From Nannocystis sp. (GTDB taxonomy: Bacteria; Myxococcota_A; Polyangia; Nannocystales; Nannocystaceae): DNA of 64,000 nucleotides. The translations under genes were made by a program, and so were the position numbers. The notes beneath the pieces are model-generated. The model did not search any database and was not told the origin of the DNA. It was given only the letters and a program-made list of their open reading frames with translations. The stretch is taken from the NCBI RefSeq assembly GCF_016717175.1, contig NZ_JADKFZ010000004.1. One strand, 5' to 3'. This document shows positions 19,143 through 28,309 of the stretch, in pieces. The first letter of the stretch is position 1, and each line of letters starts with the position of its first letter.

Positions 19143-19190
19143 GGTGGGACGATAACCTGGGTGGGAGCGCGGGCGGTGGGGCACGGGCCG

Positions 19191-19272
19191 GGGTGGGGGG
19201 GGGGGGGGGGGGGGGGGGCGGGGGGGGGGGGCGGGGGGGGGGGGGGGCCCGGGGGGGGGGGGGGGGGGGGGT
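19191..19272. repeat. ~80-nt near-pure poly-G (poly-C on the minus strand) homopolymeric tract
   Basis: gggtgggggg gggggggggg ggggggggcg gggggggggg gcgggggggg gggggggccc ggggggggggggggggggggg read directly. Lies 50-130 nt upstream of the minus-strand lipoprotein start at 19142. Confidence 0.95.
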
Positions 19273-19618
19273 GGGGCCCTGGGGCCCGGGGGCCCGGGGG
19301 CGCCGCCCCGCGCCGCGGGGGGCCCTCCGGCGCGCGACGCCTCCGCTAAAGGCAAGGCGGTCGGCGTCGCCGAGAGCCGGCCCCACCCCGGCCCTGAATG
19401 GGGTGACGTCGCTGCGCGGTATGTAGCAGCGAATGCGACGGGTTGCACTCGATATGTCGCATTGCTGTGAGCCTCGAAGCGCTCACCGTTCAATGCACTC
19501 AAATGGGTCCGGGGCAGTCCTGCGGAGCGTCCGTGTCGGGCGCGCACATTGCTGTCGGGCCCATGTCGCCGCAACAATCGTCGTGGCTGCAGAGGATGCA
19601 ACTCCATTCGAAGCAGGC

Positions 19619-19832
19619 CGTGATGCGTCCAATGTGAATGAGTTGTGGTCGCCGTGTGGCACCTTTCGTTCCTGTCCGAAGAGGCAGGTTGCGAGTCTCA
19701 GGCCGGGGCGGGCCTCGGCGACGCCGTGATGCATGCAATGTGAATGAGTTGTGGTCGCCGTGTGGCACCTTTCGTTCCTGTCCGAAGAGGCAGGTTACGA
19801 GTCTCAGGGCCGGGGCGGGTCCGGCCTCGGCA
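19619..19832. repeat. 107-bp tandem duplication (2 copies) of a lower-GC element
   Basis: gtgatgcgtccaatgtgaatgagttgtggtcgccgtgtggcacctttcgttcctgtccgaagaggcaggttgcgagtctcaggccggggcggg... repeats from 19726 with ~6 mismatches. Copy 2 ends in the hairpin GGCCGGggcgggtCCGGCC. Confidence 0.9.
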
Positions 19833-20013
19833 GGGCCGACCGTACCGTCCTTTAGCGGAGGCTTCGCTTGCCGGAGGGCCGACGGGGGGGTCGACCGAGT
19901 CAAGGGGCGCCGTGGAGAACGAAGTTCTCCAAAGGCGAACCCGCCCTGTCTGAGGCCCTGACCCCCGTCGGACATCCGGCTTCTCGAGGATACGCGCGCG
20001 CCCGCCGGACCCG

Positions 20014-20170
20014 CCCCGGTCCGTGCCACGATACTCGCGGAGTCCTGCTGTGATAGCGAGGATACTCGCGGAGTCCTGCTGTGATAGCCCGGTCCGTGCC
20101 ACGATACTCGCGGAGTCCTGCTGTGATAGGCCGGTCCGTGCCTTGATATTCGCGGACCTGCGATAGCGAG
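20014..20170. repeat. 41-bp tandem repeat (~3.5 copies), lower-GC
   Basis: cccggtccgtgccacgatactcgcggagtcctgctgtgatag repeated, last copy degenerate. Immediately 3' of the cbiX stop on the minus strand. Confidence 0.85.
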
Positions 20171-20180
20171 GGGTCGGCCT

Positions 20181-20558
20181 TCAGGGCAGCTGGGCGCGGC
20201 GCAGGGCGGCGGCGGCGAGGGCGTCGAGCACGGGCTCGTCCATGCCGATCGCGCCGGGGCTCAGGTGGAGGGTCAGCTGCGGGTATGCGGCCTGGACGGC
20301 GGCGATGAGGGCCGGGACGTCGCGCTTGATGTGTTTGCCGCCGGGGCTGAGGAACAGGGGGACGACGGCGATCGTGCGGTGGTCCGTGGCGAGCCTGGCG
20401 ATCGCGGCGGCGAGGGTGGGCCCGTGCTCGAGGGTGGCGACGTGGACCGGCGTGTCCGGGCTGAGCAGGCGGAGGCGAGCCGCGGTGAGCTCGACCGGGG
20501 CGAGCCAGTCGGGGTCGGGGCTGCCGTGGGCGAGCAGGACGATCGCGTCGGCGATCAT
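20181..20558 (-). CDS. cbiX: sirohydrochlorin cobalto/ferro-chelatase CbiX (small form)
   Basis: MIADAIVLLAHGSPDPDW...VVPLFLSPGGKHIKRDVP matches CbiX/SirB motifs. ATG overlaps the serA stop (ATGA). Confidence 0.8.
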   Translation of the reverse strand: MIADAIVLLAHGSPDPDWLAPVELTAARLRLLSPDTPVHVATLEHGPTLAAAIARLATDHRTIAVVPLFLSPGGKHIKRDVPALIAAVQAAYPQLTLHLSPGAIGMDEPVLDALAAAALRRAQLP

Positions 20559-21760
20559 GCGCGGGCGGCTCGCAGCTCGACGGCGAGGATCGAGGCGTGG
20601 TCGCGCAGGCGCTGCAGGAGGGCGGGCGTGGGCTCCTGCTCGAAGGTGATGGTGGCGCAGGCTGCCTGGCCGCCGGCGAAGATGATGTTGCTCATGTTCT
20701 GCACGTTGACCTGCTCCTCGCGCAGGGCCGTGAGCACGCCGGCGAGCACGCCGACGTGGTCGAGGTGGCGGATGACGAGGCTGTAGCGGGTGCTGCGGTC
20801 CGCGAGGTTGACGCTGTGGTGGACCACGCCGTGGGCGGCGTAGTCGTGGACGATGCGCAGGACCTCCTCGGCGATCGCGGCCTCGGCCTGCTCGGTGGAG
20901 GCGCCGATGTGCGGGGTGGCGTAGATGTCCGGGAGCTCGGCGGCGAGGCTCTTGTAGCTGGCCTTGCTGTCGGCGGGCTCGCCCTCGAAGACGTCGAGGC
21001 CGGCGCGCAGCTGGCCGCTGCGGACGGCGGCGGCGAGGGCGGCGTCGTCGACCACGCCGCCGCGCGAGGTGTGGAGGACGATGCTGCCGGGGCGCAGGAG
21101 GGCGAGCTGCTCGGCGCCGATGAGGTGGTGGGTCGCCTTGTTGAAGGGGACGTGGACGCTGACGACATCGGCGGCGCAGAGGAGATCGGCGAGGGACGGC
21201 TGGGGGGTGACGCCGAGGTGCTCGTAGAGCTCGGGGCCGGGTATCTGCGGGTCGTAGGCGAGGAGCTTCATGCCGAAGGCGCGGGCGCGGACGGCGACCT
21301 CGCGGGCGATGACGCCGAAGCCGACGAGGCCGAGGGTCTGGCCCTTGATGCCGCGGGCCTTGCCGAACTTGCCCTTGTTCCACGTGCCCTGGCGCAGCTC
21401 GAGGGTGGCGTCGACGATGCGGCGGTCGAGCGCGAGGAGCAGGCCCATGGTGAGCTCGGCGACGGCGATGGCGTTCTTGCCGGGGCAGTTGGCGACGAAG
21501 ATGCCGCGGGCGCTGGCGGCCTTGAGGTCGATGGTGTTGACGCCGGCGCCGGCGCGGATGACCAGCGAGAGGTTGGCGCTGGCCTGCATCGCGGCGGCGT
21601 TGACGACGGTGGATCGGACGACGAGGATGTCGGCGCGGGTCTCGGCGATCGCGGCGGGCAGGTCGGCCTCGCCGAGCTCGGGGCGGTACACGACCTCGCC
21701 TGTGCGGGCCAGGATGTCGCGGCCCTGGGTCGGGAACTTGTCGGCGATCAGCACCAGCAT
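20555..21760 (-). CDS. serA: D-3-phosphoglycerate dehydrogenase with C-terminal ACT domain
   Basis: GLVGFGVIAREVA NAD-binding GxGxxG, 2-hydroxyacid dehydrogenase catalytic HIGASTEQA, C-terminal ACT-like domain. ~400 aa. Confidence 0.9.
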   Translation of the reverse strand: MLVLIADKFPTQGRDILARTGEVVYRPELGEADLPAAIAETRADILVVRSTVVNAAAMQASANLSLVIRAGAGVNTIDLKAASARGIFVANCPGKNAIAVAELTMGLLLALDRRIVDATLELRQGTWNKGKFGKARGIKGQTLGLVGFGVIAREVAVRARAFGMKLLAYDPQIPGPELYEHLGVTPQPSLADLLCAADVVSVHVPFNKATHHLIGAEQLALLRPGSIVLHTSRGGVVDDAALAAAVRSGQLRAGLDVFEGEPADSKASYKSLAAELPDIYATPHIGASTEQAEAAIAEEVLRIVHDYAAHGVVHHSVNLADRSTRYSLVIRHLDHVGVLAGVLTALREEQVNVQNMSNIIFAGGQAACATITFEQEPTPALLQRLRDHASILAVELRAARA

Positions 21761-21789
21761 GCGCGCAGAGATATCACAGGCGCGGGGAG

Positions 21790-21892
21790 CGGTGGATCGC
21801 GGATCTGGCGGTGGGCGGGTCGTGTCTGGCAGGCGGCGGATCGGCGTGCGGTGTGCAGGAGCGGGTGGATCGCGGATCTGGCGGTGGGCGGG
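21790..21892. repeat. ~35-bp direct repeat (74-bp period) immediately upstream of the lipoprotein start at 21903
   Basis: gagcggtggatcgcggatctggcggtgggcggg recurs as gagcgggtggatcgcggatctggcggtgggcggg. Confidence 0.7.
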
Positions 21893-21902
21893 AGATCCCG
21901 GT

Positions 21903-23975
21903 ATGTGTGGGGCCGTGCGTGGCGCGGAGCGACTGCTGTGGGGTTCGTTGTGGCTGCTCGGCTGCGGGGCGGGCGAGCGGGGGCCGTCGGCCAGCCCGTC
22001 GCCGCCGCCGGCGAGCGGGGCGGTCGGTGGGCAGGAGCGCAGCGCGGGGCCGCCGGCTGCGGGTGCGGGGACCGGTGGTGGGATCGCGGGTGTTGCGGGT
22101 CTCGGTGGTGGGTCGAGCGCTGCGGGGCCGGGCGTGGTGGCGCAAGCGGTCGCGGCGAGGCCGGGGCCGGCGGACGCGGGCAGCTGCCCGGCGCAGGACG
22201 ATCCGGGCTACGGGCTGCTGGTGGTGCCGCAGCGGGCGGTGGTCGGGCAGCAGCTGACGATCCTGGCGGCGACGCTCGACGACGAGGCGGCGATCGCCGT
22301 GCGCGTCGACGCCGGGCCGCGGGTGCAGGAGGCGGGGGAGGGTGTCCCTGCGGACATGTCCTTTCGGACTGGTGTGCCGGCGGCGACGATCGTCCGCCTG
22401 ACGCCGACGCAGGCCGGCGAGCTGACGGTGGTCGCCGGGCGCGGCGGGGTCGGGCACGCGTGCTTGCGGGTCAAGGTGCGGGCCGCGGCGGCGCGCGAGG
22501 CCCCGCCGGCGGCGCCCGGGAATCAGGCGTGGCCGAGCGTGCGCGGGTGGGACGCGGGCGAGGAGGCGTTGTACTCGGCGTGGCTGCGCGAGCTGTTCCA
22601 CGCCGAGCTCGGGGCCGACCTGGCGACCACGGCGCTCGACCAGATCACGAGCGACGCGGGGCGCAACCTGCTGCATGGGTCGCTCGGCTGGGACGAGGAC
22701 GCGAAGCACCCGACCGGGCTGGCGATGCGGCCGGACTGCGCCGACGTGCCGTACTTCTTGCGGGCGTACTACGCGTGGAAGCGCGGGCTGCCCTTCGTGT
22801 TCCGCGGCTGCTCGCGCGGGAGCCCGGGCAAGGCGCCGCGCTGCGGTGAGGGGACGGACAACGCGGCGGCGCAGGACGGCACCGGGCCGCAGCCGGGGCA
22901 GCTCGGGGCGGTGCAGTACTACCTGCGGCGGACGCTGGCGTGGGGGGTGCACACGGGCAACGGGCGGGTGGCGATGACGGACGAGCGCAGCGACCTGTAC
23001 CCGGTCCGCCTCGATCGCCGGGCGCTGCGGCCGGGCACGGTGTACGCGGATCCCTACGGGCATATTTTGGTGCTGGTGGAGCTGTTCGAAGGGACAGGTG
23101 GTCGACCGGGGGTGCTGTACGCGGTCGACGGTCAGCCGGACGGGAGCATCACGCGCAAGCGGTTCTGGGAGGGCAACTTCCTGTGGAACCCGGACCCGGG
23201 GCTCGGCGGATCGGGGTTCAAGAACTTTCGTCCGGTGGTGGTGAGGGACGGGGTGGCGGCGCAGATGACCGACGCGGAGATCGCCGGGGCGCCGGGCTAC
23301 GGGGATGGATCGCCGGCGCAGGCCGAGCTGGCGGCGCCGGCCTTTTATGACGCGATGGAGCGCATCATCACGCCGGGGACCCGCGACGCGCTGCTGGCCC
23401 AGGAGGAGGCCGTGGCGGCGCTGTTCGAGCAGGCCCGCGTGCGCGTGACCTCGGTGGCCAACGGCGACGACTACTTTAAAAAGAACCCGGGCGCGACGGT
23501 GGCGATGCCGGAGGGCTTCAAGGTGTTCGAGACGACGGGGGCGTGGGAGTCGTACTCGACGCCGGCACGCGACCTGCGGCTGCTGATCGCGATGGACGTG
23601 GTGCGCGGCTTCTCGGACAAGGTGCGGCGCCAGCCGGCGGTGTTCGGGGTGACCGAGGGGCCGGGGCTGGACGAGTTGATCGTGAAGCTCGAGCAGGCGC
23701 GCGGGGAGCTGCTGGCCGCGCCGCGCTTTCGCTTCGAGTACCGGCGCAGCGACGGGTCGACGTGGGGGCTGACGCTCGCGGATCTGATGACGCGGGCGAG
23801 CGCGCTCGAGGCGGCCTACAACCCGAACGACTGCCCGGAGCTGCGCTGGGGCGCGAAGCCGGGGAGCGACGAGGCGAGGACCTGCGGGCGCACGGCGCCG
23901 GCGGAGCAGCAGGCGAAGATGCAGCGGTACCGGAGCTGGTTCGCGGAGCGCAAGCGTCCGGCGCGGGGGACCTGA
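21903..23975 (+). CDS. large secreted lipoprotein, hypothetical
   Basis: MCGAVRGAERLLWGSLWLLGCGAGE lipobox, Gly/Ala-rich linker, then a ~550-aa globular region with balanced composition (WGVHTGNGRVAMTDERSDLYPVRLD...). No family recognised. The upstream part of track ORF 21270..23975 is low-complexity. Confidence 0.7.
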   Translation: MCGAVRGAERLLWGSLWLLGCGAGERGPSASPSPPPASGAVGGQERSAGPPAAGAGTGGGIAGVAGLGGGSSAAGPGVVAQAVAARPGPADAGSCPAQDDPGYGLLVVPQRAVVGQQLTILAATLDDEAAIAVRVDAGPRVQEAGEGVPADMSFRTGVPAATIVRLTPTQAGELTVVAGRGGVGHACLRVKVRAAAAREAPPAAPGNQAWPSVRGWDAGEEALYSAWLRELFHAELGADLATTALDQITSDAGRNLLHGSLGWDEDAKHPTGLAMRPDCADVPYFLRAYYAWKRGLPFVFRGCSRGSPGKAPRCGEGTDNAAAQDGTGPQPGQLGAVQYYLRRTLAWGVHTGNGRVAMTDERSDLYPVRLDRRALRPGTVYADPYGHILVLVELFEGTGGRPGVLYAVDGQPDGSITRKRFWEGNFLWNPDPGLGGSGFKNFRPVVVRDGVAAQMTDAEIAGAPGYGDGSPAQAELAAPAFYDAMERIITPGTRDALLAQEEAVAALFEQARVRVTSVANGDDYFKKNPGATVAMPEGFKVFETTGAWESYSTPARDLRLLIAMDVVRGFSDKVRRQPAVFGVTEGPGLDELIVKLEQARGELLAAPRFRFEYRRSDGSTWGLTLADLMTRASALEAAYNPNDCPELRWGAKPGSDEARTCGRTAPAEQQAKMQRYRSWFAERKRPARGT

Positions 23976-24073
23976 GGCGCTGCAGGGCGCAGGGGACCGG
24001 AGGGGGGGCAGGGCCTGGCATGAGGGACCTGAGGCCCGGGGCCGGGCTGGCGCGAGGGACCTGAGGGCCCGGG

Positions 24074-24721
24074 TCAGGGGTGGCGCGGGGCGTGCTCGAG
24101 GGCGCCGAGGATCATGCCGGTCATGGCGGCGGCCATCGCGGGGTCGTCGAGGCGCTTGGGGTCGCGGCGCAGGGTGGTGCGCACGAGGCCGCCGAGGGCC
24201 TGCACGAGGGCCGCGCCGAGCAGCTCGGGGGCGGCGAGGCGGAGCTCGCTGCGGGCGCGCAGGGCCTCGCCGACCCGCAGCTCGAGCTCTGTCTCGAAGT
24301 GGTCGATGCTGGCGCTGGCCTGGCGGGCGGCGCACTGGTGGAGGGCCTGGTGGAGGCGCGGGGCGACGCGGTGGGCGGCGACGATGGCGGCGACCAGCTG
24401 GGCGACCGCGCCGGGCAGCGGGCGGTCGCGGATGCCGGCGAGGGCTTCGCCGAGGACGCTGCTCATGACGGCGATGTGGCGGCGCACCAGCTCGTCGATG
24501 AGGGCGTCGCGGTCGGTGAAGTACTGGTAGAGCGAGCCGATGCTGACGCCGGCCCGCTCGGCGATCGCGTTGGTGGTGGCGGCCTCGGCTCCGTGGCGCT
24601 CGAGGATCTGAGCCGCGGCCTTGAGGATCGCCTCGACGGTCGCCTGGGCTCGACCCTGGATCGGGCTGCGACGGGGCTGGGGGCGCTTCTTGTGGGCTTT
24701 CGGGCGGGTGGGGGTGGGCAT
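24074..24721 (-). CDS. TetR-family transcriptional regulator
   Basis: N-terminal HTH ILKAAAQILERHGAEAATTNAIAERAGVSIGSLYQYFTDRDALI is the TetR signature. Confidence 0.85.
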   Translation of the reverse strand: MPTPTRPKAHKKRPQPRRSPIQGRAQATVEAILKAAAQILERHGAEAATTNAIAERAGVSIGSLYQYFTDRDALIDELVRRHIAVMSSVLGEALAGIRDRPLPGAVAQLVAAIVAAHRVAPRLHQALHQCAARQASASIDHFETELELRVGEALRARSELRLAAPELLGAALVQALGGLVRTTLRRDPKRLDDPAMAAAMTGMILGALEHAPRHP

Positions 24722-24792
24722 CGGGAGAACGCGAGTGGCGAATATCTGAGCAAAGGCTCATCTTCTTCGCAAGCCAAAAAGGAAAGGCCACC

Positions 24793-25470
24793 ATGCGAAA
24801 GATCGTCAAGCTGTTGCGCTTTGGAAGCACGTACATCCGCCTCGTCCGCGACGCGGGTCGCCTTGATCTGGTGTTCGCCCTCGCGGACGCGCTGGCCGAC
24901 CCGAAGGAGCCGCCGCCGGGGCTCACCGAGATGCTGGGTCGGCCGGGAGTCGCGGAGTATATGGCCGGGTCGATGGCGCCGCTCCAGGTCGAGTTGGTGG
25001 CGCTGCGGGCGATGCCCGCGGGCAGCCTGGGGCGGGCCTTCGCGGCCTTCCTCGACCAGCGTGGGCTCGATCCGCACGGGCTCTATCACAGAGACGCGGA
25101 GCAGGTCGTCACAGATGTCGATCGCTTCAAGCTGCACATGGAGCGGACCCACGACGTGTGGCACACGGTGCTGGGCTTCGAGACGGACGTCGCGGGCGAG
25201 CTGGGGCTGCAGGCGTTCACGATGGCGCAGCTGGATTCACCGCTGGGCGCGGTGCTCCTGTCGGCGGGGCTGCTCAACGGGCTGCTGTTGGCGCCGGAGG
25301 ATCTGACGCGGCGGATGGAGGCGATCGTCCGCGGCTGGCGGCTGGGGCAGAGCTTGCGGCCGCTGTTCGGCGCCGACTGGGCCAGCATGCTGGGCTGGCA
25401 GCTCACGGAGGTGCGGGCCCACTTCGGCGTGCGTGACGAGGACGTGCGGGTCGCGGCGATGGCGGCGTGA
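24793..25470 (+). CDS. Coq4-family (ubiquinone biosynthesis Coq4-like) protein
   Basis: THDVWHTVLGFETDVAGELGLQAF matches the Coq4 HDxxH(x)10-11GE motif. Divergent from the TetR gene. Confidence 0.65.
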   Translation: MRKIVKLLRFGSTYIRLVRDAGRLDLVFALADALADPKEPPPGLTEMLGRPGVAEYMAGSMAPLQVELVALRAMPAGSLGRAFAAFLDQRGLDPHGLYHRDAEQVVTDVDRFKLHMERTHDVWHTVLGFETDVAGELGLQAFTMAQLDSPLGAVLLSAGLLNGLLLAPEDLTRRMEAIVRGWRLGQSLRPLFGADWASMLGWQLTEVRAHFGVRDEDVRVAAMAA

Positions 25471-25589
25471 GCGTGGCTGCGGCGGGGGAATAATCGCCGC
25501 GATGGGCGTGCGGGGGTGACGACGCGGTGGAGCGGGCGAATGGCGCCCGCGGTTGACACCCGCGGGCGCGCGCGCGAGAACGCGGGCCC

Positions 25590-26451
25590 GTGCGCCGCCT
25601 CGCCTGTCTCTGGCTCGCCTCCTCGCTGATCGCGGTGGGCGGGCCGGCGCGCCCGCTGCACGCGGCGCCGGTCAGCGAGCGCGCGGCCGATGTGCCGCTC
25701 GCGGTCGAGGGACCTGCGCCAAAGGACAGGTCGGGAGAGGCTGGCGCGGAGGACAGGTCGGCTGGCTCCGGGGTCGGGGTCAGCTGGCCCGGAGGACAGG
25801 TCGGGAGAGGCTGGCCCGGAGGACAGGTCGGGGTCGGCTGGCCCGGAGGACAGGTCGGCTGGCTCTGGGGACAGGTCGACGCCGCGGTCGGCGGCCGAGG
25901 GGATGCCCGCGGCGCCGCGGGTGCCGGCGCCGACGGCTGCGATCAAGGATGGGGGCCCAGAGCTGGTCACGGTGGCGGTCGGGCTCGGGCCCTCGGCGCC
26001 GGGCTCGAAGGCGGAGACGGCGGTGGTCGACGCGCTCGAGCGCGCCGCCCGGGCCTCGCAGGCGCCGCCGACGCTGGTTCGCCGCCTGCGGGCCGGGGCG
26101 GGCGAGGGGCGGGCGATCTGCCGCGAGCGTCGCGACGACCTGGTGCTGCTGCTCGAGTACATGCCCGATCGACCCGAGCCGGTGTTGGTGCCCCGGGACT
26201 GCCGCCTCGACCGTGAGCTGGCGCTCCGGGGGAAGGAGGCCGCAGGTGAGCCGGCCCTCATCGGCGTACTGTGGGAGGAACATCGGGCGCTCGTCCGCGG
26301 CGGGGCCCGCGAGCGCAAGGTGAGGATCAGCCGCAAGGTGAAGACGGGCCTCATCGCTGGCGGGGCGATCGTGGTCGTCGGGCTGGCGATCGTGCTGGTT
26401 GTGGTCAACAGCTTGCGCCGCGAGACGGTCGTGCTCACAGTGGGGCCATGA
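25590..26451 (+). pseudogene. secreted repeat protein with C-terminal TM helix; apparent 1-nt frameshift in a G4 run within the repeat array
   Basis: Signal (V)RRLACLWLASSLIAVGGPARPLHA in the frame starting 25590. The downstream part (PEDRSGEAGPEDRSGSAGPEDRSAGS...VLVPRDCRLDRE...IAGGAIVVVGLAIVLVVV) is in the next frame (track ORF 25690..26451). The frames join if tccGGGGtcgggg loses one G. The stop overlaps the next gene's ATG (ATGA). Confidence 0.5.
25720..25875. repeat. 27-bp tandem repeat array with AGGACAGGTCG core (5-6 copies)
   Basis: ...ggaggacaggtcgggagaggctggcccggaggacaggtcggggtcggctggcccggaggacaggtcggctggctctggggacaggtcgac... Units are multiples of 3 except for one 43-bp unit. Confidence 0.85.
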
Positions 26452-27491
26452 CGCTTGCGGCACGTTTCGGGCGCTGGTTCATTTCTTTGTCCCTCGCGCT
26501 CGTGGCGGCTGTATTGCTGTACGTGGGGCTGTTCGTGGGGCTGTTCGTGGGCCCCGTCGGGGTGGCACACGCGGAGTCGGGCACGCTGGCGGGCTGGCAG
26601 CTGTCGACGGCGAGCAGCGAGCTGATCGTCGGGCGGGTGACGCTGCGCTACGACCCGAGCCTGGCCGACGAGGCGCGCGAGCTGGCGGACTACATCCCGG
26701 GCTCGTGGCGGGAGATCGAGAAGGCGCTGGCCGGCGACCTCGACGACCGGCTGACGATCAACTTCGTGGCCCACGCGGGGCGCATCGCCGAGGGCACCGG
26801 CATGCCGCGCTGGGCCGCCGGGGTGGCCCACTCGGAGAGCGGGGAGATCGTGATCTCGAAGCACGCGCCGGACGGCTCGCTCAGCGACCTCGACTCGCTG
26901 CTGCGCCACGAGATGGCCCACGTCGCCCTGTATCGGGCCACGGGCGGGCAGGAGCTGCCGCGCTGGTTCCACGAGGGCGTGGCCGAGAGCTTCGGCAACG
27001 AGATCGATCTGCTGCGCAGCCAGACCCTCGCGGGCGCGGTGTTCGGGCCCGGCGTGCCGGCGCTCGATCAGCTCGAGGACAACTTCCACGGCATCGACCC
27101 GATCGCGGTCACGGTGAGCTACGCGGCGGCCCGCGACTTCGTGAACCACCTCCGCTACCGCGACGACGGCTCCGACCTGCGCCAGCTGATGACCGAGCTG
27201 CGCCGCGGCACCAACTTCGAGGCCGCGTTCGTCAAGGCCTTCGACCGCAGCCTCGGGGAGCTCGACGGCGAGTGGCGCAGCGGGCTGACGGGGCGCTTCG
27301 TGTGGTTCCCGGTGATCAGCTCTGGCGGGCTGCCCTTCGCCGCCCTGTCGCCGCTGGTCGTGATCGCGGCGGTGCGTCGGCGTCGCCAGCTGAAGGCCGG
27401 CTGGGACCGCCTGAGCCGCGAGGACGAGGCGCTGCACGCCGAGGTCGCGGCGGTGCTGCGCCGGCCCGGGCTGGTGCTGGCGCCGTCCTGA
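26448..27491 (+). CDS. HExxH zinc-metallopeptidase-like membrane-anchored protein
   Basis: N-terminal TM (FISLSLALVAAVLLYVGLFVGLFVG), HEMAHVALY...HEGVAESFG (HExxH + downstream E), C-terminal TM. Confidence 0.65.
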   Translation: MTLAARFGRWFISLSLALVAAVLLYVGLFVGLFVGPVGVAHAESGTLAGWQLSTASSELIVGRVTLRYDPSLADEARELADYIPGSWREIEKALAGDLDDRLTINFVAHAGRIAEGTGMPRWAAGVAHSESGEIVISKHAPDGSLSDLDSLLRHEMAHVALYRATGGQELPRWFHEGVAESFGNEIDLLRSQTLAGAVFGPGVPALDQLEDNFHGIDPIAVTVSYAAARDFVNHLRYRDDGSDLRQLMTELRRGTNFEAAFVKAFDRSLGELDGEWRSGLTGRFVWFPVISSGGLPFAALSPLVVIAAVRRRRQLKAGWDRLSREDEALHAEVAAVLRRPGLVLAPS

Positions 27492-27518
27492 GCGGGTGAG
27501 ACCTCGCCTGGCCTCAGG

Positions 27519-27590
27519 GACATGTCCGTGGGGCCTCGGCTGCTGACTCCGTCCTGAGGGGGGCGCTTCGCCTGGCCCCACGGACATGTC
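27519..27590 (+). terminator. long GC-rich inverted repeat (17-19 bp stem, ~35-nt loop) 28 nt after the metallopeptidase stop; possible terminator/regulatory hairpin
   Basis: gggacatgtccgtggggcc ...loop... ggccccacggacatgtctg. Each arm contains the GACATGTC palindrome. No U-tract. Confidence 0.35.
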
Positions 27591-27692
27591 TGCAAGGCCA
27601 GGTGGATCGGCGCGGCCGAGGTCGAGGGGGCAGGTGGCGCGCCGAGGGCGCGGCTTTACAGGAGGGGGCGCGCTGGGCTATGGCCCCGGACG

Positions 27693-28274
27693 ATGCAACG
27701 GATCGGTGCAGGGACGCTGCGCGGGCGGGTGCTTCGGCCGCTGCCGGCTGCGATCGCGGGCCTGCGTCCGACCGGGTCGAAGGTGCGGGGGGCGATCTTC
27801 GATCGCCTGCACCTCGGGCTCCCGGACATGGTGGTGCTCGATCTGTTCGGGGGCAGCGGGGCCCTGACGATCGAGGCGCTGAGCCGCGGCGCAGCCCGGG
27901 CCACGATGTTTGAGCAGCACCCGAAGGTGCTGGCACACCTGCGGACGCAGCTCCGTGAGTTCGCGCTCGAAGATCGGGTGCGGCTGTTCGCGGGCGACGC
28001 GTGCGAGCTGCTGCGGCGCCCCGTGGCGGTGCTCGGTGGGCCCTTCTCGCTGGTGCTGGTCGATCCGCCCTACGCGATCACCACGGCCGTGCTGCCGATC
28101 GTGGCGGCGCGCCTGAGCGGGGGTCTGCTGGTCCCGGGGGCCACGCTGGTGTGCGGGTACGATCGCGCGACTCGCCTGCCCGCGTGGCCGGCGGGGTTCA
28201 CCGTCGAGACCTCGCGTCACTACGGTCAGGCCGGGGTGGATTTTGTCCGCTGGGACGGCGGCTCCAGCCGCTAA
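27693..28274 (+). CDS. rsmD: 16S rRNA (guanine966-N2)-methyltransferase RsmD
   Basis: RIGAGTLRGRVLRPLP...RPTGSKVRGAIFDRL...DLFGGSGALTIEALSRGA...VLVDPPY are RsmD family motifs. Confidence 0.85.
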   Translation: MQRIGAGTLRGRVLRPLPAAIAGLRPTGSKVRGAIFDRLHLGLPDMVVLDLFGGSGALTIEALSRGAARATMFEQHPKVLAHLRTQLREFALEDRVRLFAGDACELLRRPVAVLGGPFSLVLVDPPYAITTAVLPIVAARLSGGLLVPGATLVCGYDRATRLPAWPAGFTVETSRHYGQAGVDFVRWDGGSSR

Positions 28275-28309
28275 GCTGGGGACACCCGAAAAACCCCGAG
28301 GCGACGCCG

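Noticed and set aside
19191-19272. Poly-G tract as a chromosome end/telomere or contig junction
   Set aside because: It is flanked on both sides by unique sequence continuous with neighbouring genes, with no terminal inverted repeats. An artefact versus real homopolymer is unresolved, and it is reported as a finding instead.
20597-27587. ORFs 20597..22849, 21774..24926, 25086..27587, 25553..26323, and the upstream 633 nt of 21270..23975
   Set aside because: Antisense or out of frame to serA, the TetR gene, the Coq4-like gene and the metallopeptidase gene. Extreme Arg/Pro/Gly composition. The real starts were placed at ATGs preceded by signal peptides.
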